NCBI GenBank assembly: GCA_027923505.1
Contig: BROI01000015.1
Span: forward strand, 186,001-250,000
DNA length: 64,000 nt
Direction of reading: 5' to 3'
DNA from: Mayamaea pseudoterrestris
Taxonomy: Eukaryota
The notes beneath the pieces were generated by a model. It was not told where the DNA came from. It did not search any database and saw only the letters and a list, made by a program, of their open reading frames with translations. Positions 49,166-61,500 of this stretch are shown in pieces; within the stretch, counting starts at the first letter, position 1, and each line of letters starts with the position of its first letter. The translations under genes were made by a program, and so were the position numbers.

Positions 49166-49878
49166 TAACACCGTTGACGATTTCGCAGTCAACGTCTTAC
49201 CTCCAAAAAGCTCCGATACAGGGTCCTTGGCCACGGTCTGTACAGCTCTTGATGGAGATGGCTCGTCGAATAGTCTTGCGCTCGCCACTACACGAATACG
49301 ACTGCACTCTCGTCGCAAACTAGTAGTTCTATATTGTGAGCTTATCGCTACATCGCTACATCGACCACTCGGAAGATCATCCGATCAATCCGTTTCTTTC
49401 AATCACATTACATCAGTCGTAACTGGTCGTTCCATTCGCCTACAACGCATCACACACGATTGGCGCAAAGACTTTCTTCATTCATGATGTCACATACGAC
49501 AGCTGCGGACTCGACACAAGCCTGAAATAGGGTTCGGGCTCTTGACTTCGCCGCTCTGCGACTTGTGTCCACTCCCTCGGGTACGCTGCTCTCGTCGTAG
49601 CCGCATTGTCCCTTCACAATCGCATACGATGTATCGCGCGCCAAAACAATACTGGCTTGAGCAATGGCATCGCATCACAGTACGGCGGTACTTCCGTCAG
49701 TACGGTCCGCAATGTTCTCCTTTCCGTCAATCTTCACAAACTTGATAATCCCCCGCAGCAACTGCCCAACGAACACGATGGTGAAGCCAACGCATTGTGT
49801 TGCTTGGACAATGTCGAACTCGGGATTGTAGATTGGTAATCACTGCTTGGTTGTCTCCTGTCATCCAGGCAGATTCTC
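49166..49878 (-). mobile_element. Truncated family-B copia: 3' LTR plus ~310 bp of RNase H end, embedded in satellite
   Basis: 49166-~49571 matches the LTR at 55575-55969; 49572-49878 matches 55970-~56278 with indels. Confidence 0.93.
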
Positions 49879-52800
49879 ATGACATTCAAACGCCCCTACA
49901 GCAAGCCCTGTAGGTGCCCAAATTACACCAGAATGGTGCCAACATCATTATTCAGGCAGCGCTACAAGATGGTAGGCTTGGCTAGTGTCTCAGGGGATGG
50001 CAATGTATTTGGTGACAACTTGTCATGCCATGACATTCAGACACACCTACAGCAGGCCCTGTAGGGGCCCAAATTACACCAGAATGGTGCCAACATCATT
50101 ATTCATGCTGCGCTACAAGATGGTAGGCTTGGCTGGTGTCTCAGGGGATGGCAATGCATTTGGTGACAACTTGTCACCAGTCTTAGCCAGAAGATGCCAT
50201 GACATTCAGACACCCCTACAGCAAGCCCTGTAGGTGCCCAAATTACACCAGAATGGTGCCAACATCATTATTGAGGCTGCGCTACAAGATGGTAGGCTTG
50301 GCTGGTGTCTCAGGGGATGGCAATGTATTTGGTGACAACTTGTCACCAGTCTCAGCCAAAGATGCCGTGACATTCAAACGCCCCAACCCTTGGCCAAACC
50401 GGGATACCAACATCATTTTTCAGGCGACGCTACAAGATGGTAGGGATGGCTGGTGTCTCAGGGGATGGCAATGTATTTGGTGACAACTTGTCACCAGCCT
50501 CAGCCCGCAGATGCCGTGACATTCAAACGCCCCTACAGCAAGACCTGTAGGTGCCCAAATTACACCTGAATGGTGCCAACATCATTATACAGTCTGCGCT
50601 ACAAGATGGTAGGCTTGGCTGGTGTCTCAGGGGATGGCAATGTATTTGGTGACAACTTGTCACCAATCTCAGCCCGCAGATGCCGGGACATTCAAACGCC
50701 CCTACAGCAAGACCTGTAGGCGCCCAAATTACACCAGAATGGTGCCAACATCATTATACAGGCTGCGCTACAAGATGGTATGCTTGGCTGGTGTCTCAGG
50801 GGATGGCAATGTATTTGGTGACATCTTGTCACCAGTCCCCAGCCGCGCTGCCAACATAAGCCTACAGCAAGCCGCGGGCCCAAATTACACCAGAATGGTG
50901 CCAACATCATTATTCAGGCTGCGCTGCAAAAGGTAGGCCTGGCTGGCCAGGGATGTAGTTGGTGACAACTTGTCACCAATCTCAGCCCCCAGATGCCGTG
51001 ACATTCAAACGCCCCTACAGCAAGCCCTGTAGGTTGCCAAATTACACCAGAATGGTGCCAACATCATTATTCAGGCTGCGCTACAAGATGGTAGGCTTGG
51101 CTGGTGTCTCAGGGGATGGCAATGTATTTGGTGACAACTTGTCACCAGTCTCAGCCCGCAGATGCCATGACATTCAAACACCCCTACAGCAAGCCCTGTG
51201 GGTGCCCAAAATACTCCAGAATCGTGCCAACGTCATTATTCAGGCTATGCTACAAGATGGTAGGCTTGGCTGGTGTCTCAGGGGATGGCAATGTATTTGG
51301 TGACAACTTGTCACCGGCTGAGACATTCAAACGCCCCTACAGCAAGCCCTGTAGGTGCCCAAAATACACCAAATTGGTGTCAACATCATTATTCAGGCTG
51401 CGCTACAAGATGGTAGGCTTGGCTGGTGTCTCAGGGGATGGCAATGTATTTGGTGACAACTTGTCACCAATCTCAGCCCGCAGATGCCGGACGAATTCAA
51501 ACGCCCCTACAGCAGGCGGACCTGTAGGTGCCCAAAATACACCAGAATGGTGCCAACATCATTATTCAGGCTGCGCTACAAGATGGTAGGCTTGGCTGGT
51601 GTCTCAGGGGATGGCAATGTATTTGGTGACAACTTGTCACCAGTCTCAGCCCGCAGATGCCGTGACATTCAAACGCCCCTACAGCAAGCCCTGTAGGTGC
51701 CCAAAATACACCAGAATGGTGCCAACATCATTATTCAGGCTGCGCTACAGGAGGTAAGCCTTGGCTGGTGTCTCAGGGGATGGCAATGTATTTGGTGACA
51801 ACTTGTCACCAGTCTCAGCCCCCAGAAGCCGGGACATTCAAACGCCCCTACGGCAACCCCTGTAGGTGCCCAAAATACACCAGAATGGTGCCAACATCAT
51901 TATTGAGGCTGCGCTACAAGATGGTAGGCTTGGCTGGTGTCTCAGGGGATGGCAATGTATTTGGTGACAACTTGTCACCAGTCTCAGCCCGCAGATGCCG
52001 TGACATTCAAACACCCATACAGCAAGCCCTGTAGGTGCCTTAAATACACCAGAATGGCGCCCACATCATTTCTTTAGGCTGCGCTACAAAATGGTAGGCT
52101 TAGCTGGTGTCTCAGGGGATGGCAATGTATTTGGTGACAACTTGTCACCAGTCTCAGCCCACAGATGCCATGACATTCAAACGCCCCTACAGCAAGCCCT
52201 GTAGGTGCCCAAAATACACCAGAATGGTGCCAACATCATTATTCAGGCTGCGCTACAAGATGGTAGGCTTGGCTGGTGTCTCGATGGGACGGAATGTTTT
52301 GGTGACAACTTGTCACCAGTCTCAGCCCGCAGATGCGTGACATTCAAACGCCCCTACAGCAAGGCCCAGTAGGTGCCCTACACCAGAATGGTGCCAACAT
52401 CATTATTTAGGCTGCGCTACAAGATGGTATGCTTGGCTGGTGTCTCAGGGGATGGCAATGTATTTGGTGACAACTTGTCACCAGTCTCAGCCCGCAGATG
52501 CCGTGACATTCAAACACCCCTACAGCCAGCCCTGTAGGTGCCCAAAATACACCAGAATGGTGCCAACATCATTATTCCGGCTGCGCTACAAGATGGTAGG
52601 CTTGGCTGGTGTCTCAGGGGATGGCAATGTATTTGGTGACAACTTGTCACCAGTCTCAGCCCGCAGATGCCGTGACATTCAAATGCCCCCTACAGCAAGC
52701 CCTGTAGGGGCTCAAATTACACCAGAATGGTGCCAACATCATTTTTCAGTCTGCGCTACAAGATGGTAGGCTTGGCTGGTGTCTCAGGGGATGGCAATGT

Positions 52801-54860
52801 ATTTGGTGACAACTTGTCACCAGTCTCAGCCCGCAGATGCCGTGACATTCAAACACCCCTACAGCCAGCCCTGCAGGTGCCCAAATTACTCCAGGATGGT
52901 GCCAACATCATTATTCCGGCTGCACTACACGATGGTAGGCTTGGCTGGTGTCTCAGGGGATGGCAATGTATTTGGTGACAACTTGTCACCAGTCTCAGCC
53001 AGCAGATGCCGCGACATTCAAACACCCCTACAGCAAGCCCTGTAGGGGCTCAAATTACACCAGAATGGTGCCAACATCCTTATTCAGGCTGCGCTACAAG
53101 ATGGTAGACTTGGCTGGTGTCTCAGGGGATGGCAATGTATTTGGTGACAACTTGTCACCAGTCTCAGCCAGCAGATGCTGGAACATTCAAATGCCCCTAC
53201 AGCAAGCCCTGTAGGGGCCCAAACTACACGAGAATATGCCAACATCATTCTTCAGTCTGCGCTACAAGATGGTAGGCTTGGCTGGTGTCTCAGGGGATGG
53301 CAATGTATTTGGTGACAACTTGTCACCAGTCTCAGCCCGCAGATGCCGTGACATTCAAACACCCCTACAGCCAGCCCTGCAGGTGCCCAAATTACTCCAG
53401 GATGGTGCCAACATCATTATTCCGGCTGCACTACATGATGGTAGGCTTGGCTGGTGTCTCAGGGGATGGCAATGTATTTGGTGACAACTTGTCACCAGTT
53501 TCAGCCAGCAGATGCTGGAACATTCAAATGCCCCTACAGCAAGCCCTGTAGGGGCCCAAATTACACCGGAATGGTGCCAACATCCTTATTCAGGCTGCGC
53601 TACAAGATGGTAGGCTTGGCTGGTGTCTCAGGGGATGGCAATGTATTTGGTGACAACTTGTCACCAGTCTCAGCCAGCAGATGCTGGAACATTCAAATGC
53701 CCCTACAGCAAGCCCTGTATACACCCAAATTACACCAGAATGGTGCCAACAATCAGCCGCCGAATTGGACGCCAGCAGCCACCAAGCCCGCCAAATACCC
53801 AGAATGAACCAACATCATTAATCAAGCTGTGCTACAAGATGGTCAGCTTGGCTGGTTTCTCAGGGGATGGCAATGTATTTGGTGACAACTTGTCACCAGT
53901 CTCAACCCGCAGATGCCGTGACATTCAAACGCCCCTACAGCGAGCCCTGTAGGAGCCCAAAATACACCAGAATGGTGCCAACATCATTATTCAAGCTGCG
54001 CTACAAGATGGTAGGCTTGGCTGGTGTCTCAGGGGATGGCAATGTATTTGGTGACAACTTGTCACCAATCTCAGCCACAGATGCCATGACATTCAAACGC
54101 CCCTACAGCAAGCCCTGTAGGTGCCAAAACTACACCAGAATAGTGCCAACATCATTATTCATGCTGCGCTACAAGATGGTAGGCTTGGCTGGTGTCTCAG
54201 GGGACGGCAATGTATTTGGTGACAACTTGTCACCAGTCTCAGCCCGCAGATGCCGTGACATTCAAACACCCCTACAGCAAGCCCTGTAGGTGCCCAAATT
54301 ACACCAGAATGGTGCCAACATCATTATTCAGGCTGCGCTACAAAATGGTAGGCTTGGCTGGTGTCTCAGGAGATATCAATGTATTTGGTGACAACTTATC
54401 ACCAGCAGATGCCATGACATTCAAATGCCCCTACAGCAAGCCCTGTAGGTGCCCAAAATACACCAGAATGGTGCCAACATCATTATTCAGCCTGCGCTAC
54501 TAGATGGTAGGCTTGGCTGGTGTCTCAGGGGATGGCAATGTATTTGGTGACAACTTGTCACCAGTCTCAGCCCGCAGACGCTGTGACATTCAAACGCCCC
54601 CTACAGCAAGCCCTGTAGGTGCCCAACATACACCCGAATGGTACCAACATTATTATTCAGGCTGCGCTACAAGATGGTAGGCTTGGCTGGTGTCTCAGGG
54701 GATGGCAATGTATTTGGTGACAACTTGTCACCAGTCTCAGCCCGCAGATGCCGTGACATTCAAACGCCCCTACAGCAAGCCCTGTAGGTGCCCAAAATAC
54801 ACCAGAATGGTGCCAACATCATTAATCAGGCTGCGCTACAAGATGGTAGGCTTGGTTGGT
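49879..54860. repeat. 169-bp satellite block 3 (~30 monomers, highly homogeneous)
   Basis: Consensus TGACATTCAAACGCCCCTACAGCAAGCCCTGTAGGTGCCCAAATTACACCAGAATGGTGCCAACATCATTATTCAGGCTGCGCTACAAGATGGTAGGCTTGGCTGGTGTCTCAGGGGATGGCAATGTATTTGGTGACAACTTGTCACCAGTCTCAGCCCGCAGATGCCG; e.g. 53285, 53454, 53623. Confidence 0.98.
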
Positions 54861-55054
54861 GTCGGCAACGTCTGTCAATCAACCGAAGCGCGCAAGGCTT
54901 CAATCGGACCACTGATGGTGCCCAAAGACACCAGAAGTGCCAACAACTTTTTCGCCTCCGCCAGCGTAGGCTTGGCTGGTCGAGCCCAGGGCGTTTGGGA
55001 CATCACCAGTCTGAGGACGCTGCTGCCGTGACAATCAAACATACCCGGCACGCC

Positions 55055-55572
55055 TGTAGCGTTACATCAATTGTCGCCATGGTGGAGGTTGATCAGAGGA
55101 ATCGGACTCGCTGCAGACGAATGTGTCACAATAGCTCCCTCGCTCGTTCTTGCTCTCGAAGCACTGAAATGTTAATCTAACACCGTTGACGATTTCGCAG
55201 TCAACGTCTTACCTCCAAAAAGCTCCGATACAGGGTCCTTGGCCACGGTCTGTACAGCTCTTGATGGAGATGGCTCGTCGAATAGTCTTGCGCTCGCCAC
55301 TACACGAATACGACTGCACTCTCGTCGCAAACTAGTAGTTCTATATTGTGAGCTTATCGCTACATCGCTACATCGACCACTCGGAAGATCATCCGATCAA
55401 TCCGTTTCTTTCAATCACATTACATCAGTCGTAACTGGTCGTTCCATTCATACAACGCATCCACACGACGGTTGCGCACTTTCTTCATTCACATGTCACA
55501 TACGACAGCTGCGGACTCGACACAAGCTAATTAGGGTTCGGGCTCTTGACTTCGCCGCTCTGCGACTTGTCA
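55055..55572 (-). mobile_element. Partial tandem copy of family-B copia: complete 395-bp LTR (55178-55572), leader and gag start
   Basis: LTR matches 55575-55969; 55055-55177 matches 61761-61885 with a few differences. Confidence 0.93.
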
Positions 55573-55574
55573 CT

Positions 55575-58500
55575 TAACACCGTTGACGATTTCGCAGTCA
55601 ACGTCTTACCTCCAAAAAGCTCCGATACAGGGTCCTTGGCCACGGTCTGTACAGCTCTTGATGGAGATGGCTCGTCGAATAGTCTTGCGCTCGCCACTAC
55701 ACGAATACGACTGCACTCTCGTCGCAAACTAGTAGTTCTATATTGTGAGCTTATCGCTACATCGCTACATCGACCACTCGGAAGATCATCCGATCAATCC
55801 GTTTCTTTCAATCACATTACATCAGTCGTAACTGGTCGTTCCATTCATACAACGCATCCACACGACGGTTGCGCACTTTCTTCATTCACATGTCACATAC
55901 GACAGCTGCGGACTCGACACAAGCTAATTAGGGTTCGGGCTCTTGACTTCGCCGCTCTGCGACTTGTCACTCCCCTCGGGTACGCTGCTCGTCGTAGCCG
56001 CATTCTTGTCCTTCACAATCGCATACGATGTATCGCCGCGCCAAAACAATACTGGCTTGAGCAATGGCATCGCATCACAGTACGGCAGGTACTTCGTCAG
56101 TACGTCCGCAATGTTCTCCTTTCCGTCAATCTTCACAAACTTGATAATCCCCGCAGCAACTGCCCAACGAACACGATGGTAGGCCAACGCATTGTGTCGC
56201 TTGGACAATGTCGAACTCGGGATTGTAGATTGCGTAATCACTGCTTGGTTGTCTCCGTACATCCAGGCAGACTTCTCCAATGGTACGCCCATAGCCATGA
56301 GCGACGCGCGTAGAGAAATGCTGATATCCGTTCCACTCTTTGCTACGCCGAATTCCGATCCGAAGGTCGCAGTCTCGACTGTAGCCTGGAGTTTGCAATG
56401 CCAGTCGACAGGCGTCTGGTTGACAAATGACAAAACTCCTTCCAATGACTTGCCTGTCACCATGCAATGCATGAGACACGCATCCTCGAAAGTTGATGTT
56501 CGTACAGTCACACCCTTTGGCGGTGGGTAGACGTCCAACATCTCATCAACTCCGTCCTTCCCGTAAACGCTGCGCTCCCAATCTTGTTCCTCCATGGTGC
56601 CGAAGTGCTCCTCGTTGGCTGGCCACTTCGTACGGAAACGGATTGCTGCGTCCGGTAACTCTCGCAAATATCCACAGACTCGCTTCACCCGCTGCAGGTG
56701 TCCCTTGCGCGGCTCCACACGGAATCGCGACAGACTCACAACTGCTACGGCAATGTCAAATCGTCCCAAAGTAATCGCCCACTGAAGTGCTCCGACTAGA
56801 GACTGGTAAATCTTCTTCTCTTGGTCGTTCAGTAGCTCGCTTTGGTCAAGTTCTGGATGATCGTCTTTGTCGATTGGTGATGAGTACTTCTTCGGAGGAC
56901 CTTCAAACAAACGCTCGTACTGCGCCAAGAGTTTCGCAACGTAGGTCTTGGCCGACCAGTAAAGAGTTCCGTCAGGGTCTCGTCCAAAGTCACCGCCGAG
57001 ATGATACTCGGGATGTCCAACACCTTTGAGCTTAAACTTGTACTTCTCCTCTAGCATCTTGAAGAACGCTGCTGGATCGTCTGAAATATTCAACAGATCG
57101 TCGACCCATACACAGAGGTAGTCGTAGCTGTCGCCGGCGTCCTTGATCCACAGATCGGAATCGCAATAGGACGGCTTCCACCCTTCCGCAAGTAGGGCGT
57201 CGGCTAAGCGTTCGTGAAATCGTGCTCCGCTCGTTCGCAATCCGTACAAAGCCTTGACGATGACCAGGATGTGTCCTTCGCGCTCCCCGAACTCGGGGCC
57301 TCCAACGAAGTATACCTTCTCCTTGGTGAACGCTTCGAGATAAGCATTCCCAATGTCACCGACCATGCACTTCTTGCCGTTCGCTTCTCCAATGACGAGA
57401 GCTAGACGCATTGCCTTCAATGAGATAACACTGGAGTAGGCATCGTCGTTGTCTTTCGTCATGTGGCCGCCTGCAACGAGACGTGCCTTGTATCGCAAAT
57501 CGTGCTTGACATCGTACACAAAATGGACTCGGATCTTTTGGTAACCAGTTGGTGGTGCTGTGGTGGAACTCGGACCAAGATCTTGAAACGTCTCGTACTC
57601 GTCCAGGTTCGCAAGCTCCACGCCTTCCGCATCCGTCCACTTCGTGTGCCCTGCAGCTTCCTGCAAACGTCGCGCTTCCTTCCAATCTCGGGGTACTTGG
57701 ACTCCAAACTTGTAGCGCGGTCCGTTCTTCTGCTGCTCCATTCGGGCGATCGCCACCTTGCGCGCAACCTTCTTGGCGTTCCGGGCCCATCGATTCAACG
57801 ATGCCCATCCGTCCTTGTCGAGAAGATTATGCTTTTGCGCGTAGGCTGCCACTGATACTTTGTCGCTTTCGATCATCGCGTTGAGAGGCTCCCAAGTCTT
57901 GGATCCATCGTCCCATTGTACAAGGACGTTCCACTTGGAGTGCTTCCAGTTCTTCGACTTGCTCGTCAGCGGACCCTGATGGTCTAGAATCTCCTTGAAG
58001 AACCATTTACGCTCAGGATTCGCCATGTCTTGGTTCACTTCGGCCTCGTAGAGATCGGAAACCTCGACATAGGACATGACTTCGTCCGCTTCGCCGTTAC
58101 CAAGCTTCAGCATCATTTTAATGTTCTGATGGTTCTGGGCGTCGCGGTTGTTCAGCTTGCTCATGACGGTCGCTCGAACTTCTTGCCCGTCGTCCGTCTT
58201 CATGAGAAACGACTTGCCGATAAGTTCATCGGGTGCATACTTCGGAAGTTTGCGCCACGGATTGATGTTCTTCTTCTTCGGCTTGTCGTCGTCGTCATCG
58301 GCAGGATTAGGATCTAGCTCCCCGTCGGTCATATCGTCGTCTTCCGGGTATTCCACCGTCTCGACCAAAGGGGTATCGTCTTCGTCAGGAATGAAAGAAT
58401 CATCGTCTCTGCTGTCGGCGTCGGTAATCTTCTTGATCATTTCCGGCATAAGGATCTCGCCACCTAGACCAGGTACGGTATAGAGACGCGGCTCCCCTTC

Positions 58501-61500
58501 TTTCATGACTGGGGAAGCAGGTGCCGGTACGCGAAGGTTCAAAAATTTTGGGTCGTTTCGGGGTAAGCAAACCGATCGCGTCATGATCTCGTGGGTCTCG
58601 CAATCGCAGATGAAGTACGTCAGGTCGTCTCCGCACGTCGTGTTGGGACCAAGCCAGTACGCCGCGCGCTGGCGGGTACCCGGGGCCTCGACATCCTTGA
58701 CAAAGTAGTTGACAATTTCAAACCAACGAAAATGCAAATACTTCGACACGTCGGGGACTTGCCCAGTGATAAACTCGATGGGAGACTTGCCGTCCAAGGC
58801 AGGATGCGACAAATGACGGTACATCTCGGTCTGAAAGAGTAAAGCGCGTAGCCAGAAGCATGCCGGAGTGCCCGTTCGGTCCATAAGTCGTTCATGACTT
58901 TCCTTTACGTGCCCGATGATGCGCTCGGCTGGATTTTGATTCTGGTAGTACGGCTCCGATGTATGACGACGGCGAATCATGAACTCGCGCATTACTTCGT
59001 CAAACTCGGCACTCATCGCTTCTTTCGCATTATCCGAGAAGACTTCCAACGGAGCTCCAAACTCGCGGATGAAATCACGGAATCGTTTCGGTACGTCACC
59101 TTTCGTCCGCATGGGATACACGACAATGATCTGACTGCGACAACCATAGAATAGCTGCACGCATGTGCACCCTGCATGTCCGTCGATATGATCATCCATG
59201 GCTGGTTCGTCGAAGAACATGGTGTCATGGGCCACTCGATCATCTAGACGGTAGACGTTCAGGAATCGGCTCTTTCGATGCATTCGTGGGGGGTATCGGC
59301 GCTCGTGCATGTTGAACTGCGTGCTGTGGCGCAAAGTATCCTTGATCGTCTGCGCCGGGTACCATGCAAAGTTCGGCAGCAATGCGTCGATATCAGGTTT
59401 CTTTGGCAGGATAGACTTGTAGGGCTGATAGACGAGATCCGCATTGTACTTCTGTACGACGGCACAAACATTCAGCTCCTTCTCGGTGTAAACAGGTTGA
59501 TTGTCGTGTCCGAGATTCGTATAAGTCACGTTGCTCTGACGATGGGTGCGATTCCGCGTACGCGAACGTGTCACGCGCGTGAAGCCCTCTTCGTCGTCAC
59601 TGTCTTCGTCGTCTTCGTCGCGCGACAACAAGTCCGGTACGTCGTCCTCGTCGTCATCGTCATCCGAAGAGTCATAGTCGTCGTCCTCGGTCGGCTCGAC
59701 GTCAAACTCATTCGGATCCCAAGGTCCATCGAAGGTCATCATGACCCGAGGTAAGGTGTGAAGCTCATGCGCCGACACTGGAAACATTGGCAAGGTCGCC
59801 ATGCCACTTTCCATTCCGAGCATAAACTTGTATCCATCTGGCGTTTCGATTCGTAACTTGCCACCAAAGTTGTAATGCTTGTCGTTGACATGAAGTCCGA
59901 AGGCTTCCATCTGCATACTCGAATGAATCGTCTTGCCGGTTCCAGAATATGCGTAATTATGGAACTCGCCGACGACCCAACCCTTGGTGCTCTTAAGCTT
60001 GGCGACTGCTGTGACGGTAGACAGGTCCGGAAGTTTGAGACCACCGACTCCAGTGACTTCAATCTTGTGGAACTTGTCCTCGGTAAGGATGCGGCCGTCC
60101 GCTCCCCATACTCCGCCACTCGCGCCGCGATCGACAGTCGACGCTGAATGCTTATCCAAGTCAATGCTCGCGACTTTGTACTTGCGACTCTGAGCAATAT
60201 TTGCTCCCCGAGTCGTAGTCGTGGGCTGGTCTGGACCTAAGAAACTTCGCATCGCTGAGCCACGGCTGGTGTTGTTCACACGCTCGGTCGCCGCACTCGC
60301 CGTCGTTGCCGCTGATGAAGTGGCTGCGACGTTCGCGTTGCGTGTTGTACTCGTCGTCTGCGTGGTGCCTGCCTGTGTTGCTGATGTCGAACCACCTGCA
60401 GCACTGGCCGCTCGACTCGTACCACGGCGTTCAAACACTTCGTGTTGCTGATCGCGGGTAAGGAGTCGCCACGTGTTTGGTGGAATCGTCGCATTCACGT
60501 CGCTGGGAATTTCGATCGTCTTCGTGTCGGCATAGCTGCGAACATACGAACGAGTATCTCCCCGACCGCGGCCGCCGCCGCCGCCTCGTCCCGTGCTCAA
60601 GTCGCCGCGACCACCGCCCCCCTGATTGGATTGCTGATTGTTGCTGCTACTTGGCGTAGACTGGGAATTGTTCGCGCTTGCCTTCTTCGTCTTCTCCTTC
60701 TCTTTCTTGGTTTGCTCAGATTGGTTCGCCTGGCGCTTCTCGGTCTCCTTGATGCCACGACGATTGTCAGATTGACGTGCGACGTCGTTCAGGAGGTTCC
60801 AAAACTGGGTGTACGTCATCGGGTTGCCGGTCTTGGACTCTTCGATCAGCGCCATGTTCACCGCCGCTGCCATATCCGCATGGCGGAAAACCGCGCGCTC
60901 CAAAATCTGACGCTTCGTGCTTGCTGTAAGTAGCTCGGTTTCCTCGGCGTAGTCATTGTAGTTCTCTTCCTTGCTGGACCACTGGATAAGCCAATTGACG
61001 AGAGACTTGGCGTAACTCGCGTCGAGAGTGAAATTGCGCCATTCGTCTTCGGCCGAACGTAGATCCAACTTGCGCGCCATCCCGTCGAGGAATGTCGCCT
61101 CCAACTCTGCAATGCACGCTGAGGCATTCGCGCTGTCGATGTGCTTGCGGACAATGAGCTTGCTCTGCGGTGTCTTGCAGGTATACTCGAGCGCCGCTAA
61201 AAGCTTCGAACACTGATACTGATACTCGGCGAATTCGGGCTCGAGTGCAGCTGGTGCCTTGAACTCGTCGTCCCAAAAGTAGCCAAGTCGCTCGCTTCGC
61301 ATGCGGTTCTTGAAGGCCCGCCAGTAGGAGCAGAACTTGCGATCGTTCTTGAGCTCCAGCATGGTCTTCAGATCCAGCTTGATGTCGTGTCGCTTCGTCG
61401 TGGTGTCGTTGCCTCCGATAACGCTAAAGTCTCCGAAACTGCGGTTGCCTGCTGTCGGTGACCCCGGCGCTACTGGGAGGTCTCGGCTCGTAATCTGGTC

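Noticed and set aside
48330..54860. CRISPR-like array (palindromic repeat at regular spacing)
   Set aside because: Intervening sequence is the same in every unit, there are no unique spacers or cas genes, and the context is eukaryotic
49879..54860. 5S rDNA, snRNA or spliced-leader tandem array
   Set aside because: No 5S internal control boxes or other recognisable RNA-gene motifs; an Rfam search would settle it
48611..55031. Many repeated ORFs (MSQGMAMYLVTT...) as a tandem gene family
   Set aside because: 169 is not a multiple of 3, frames shift each monomer and hit stops; these are translations of the satellite
55239..56313. Plus-strand ORFs in the LTRs (MATVCTALDG...)
   Set aside because: Non-ATG starts, antisense to the element, and repeated only because the LTRs are repeated
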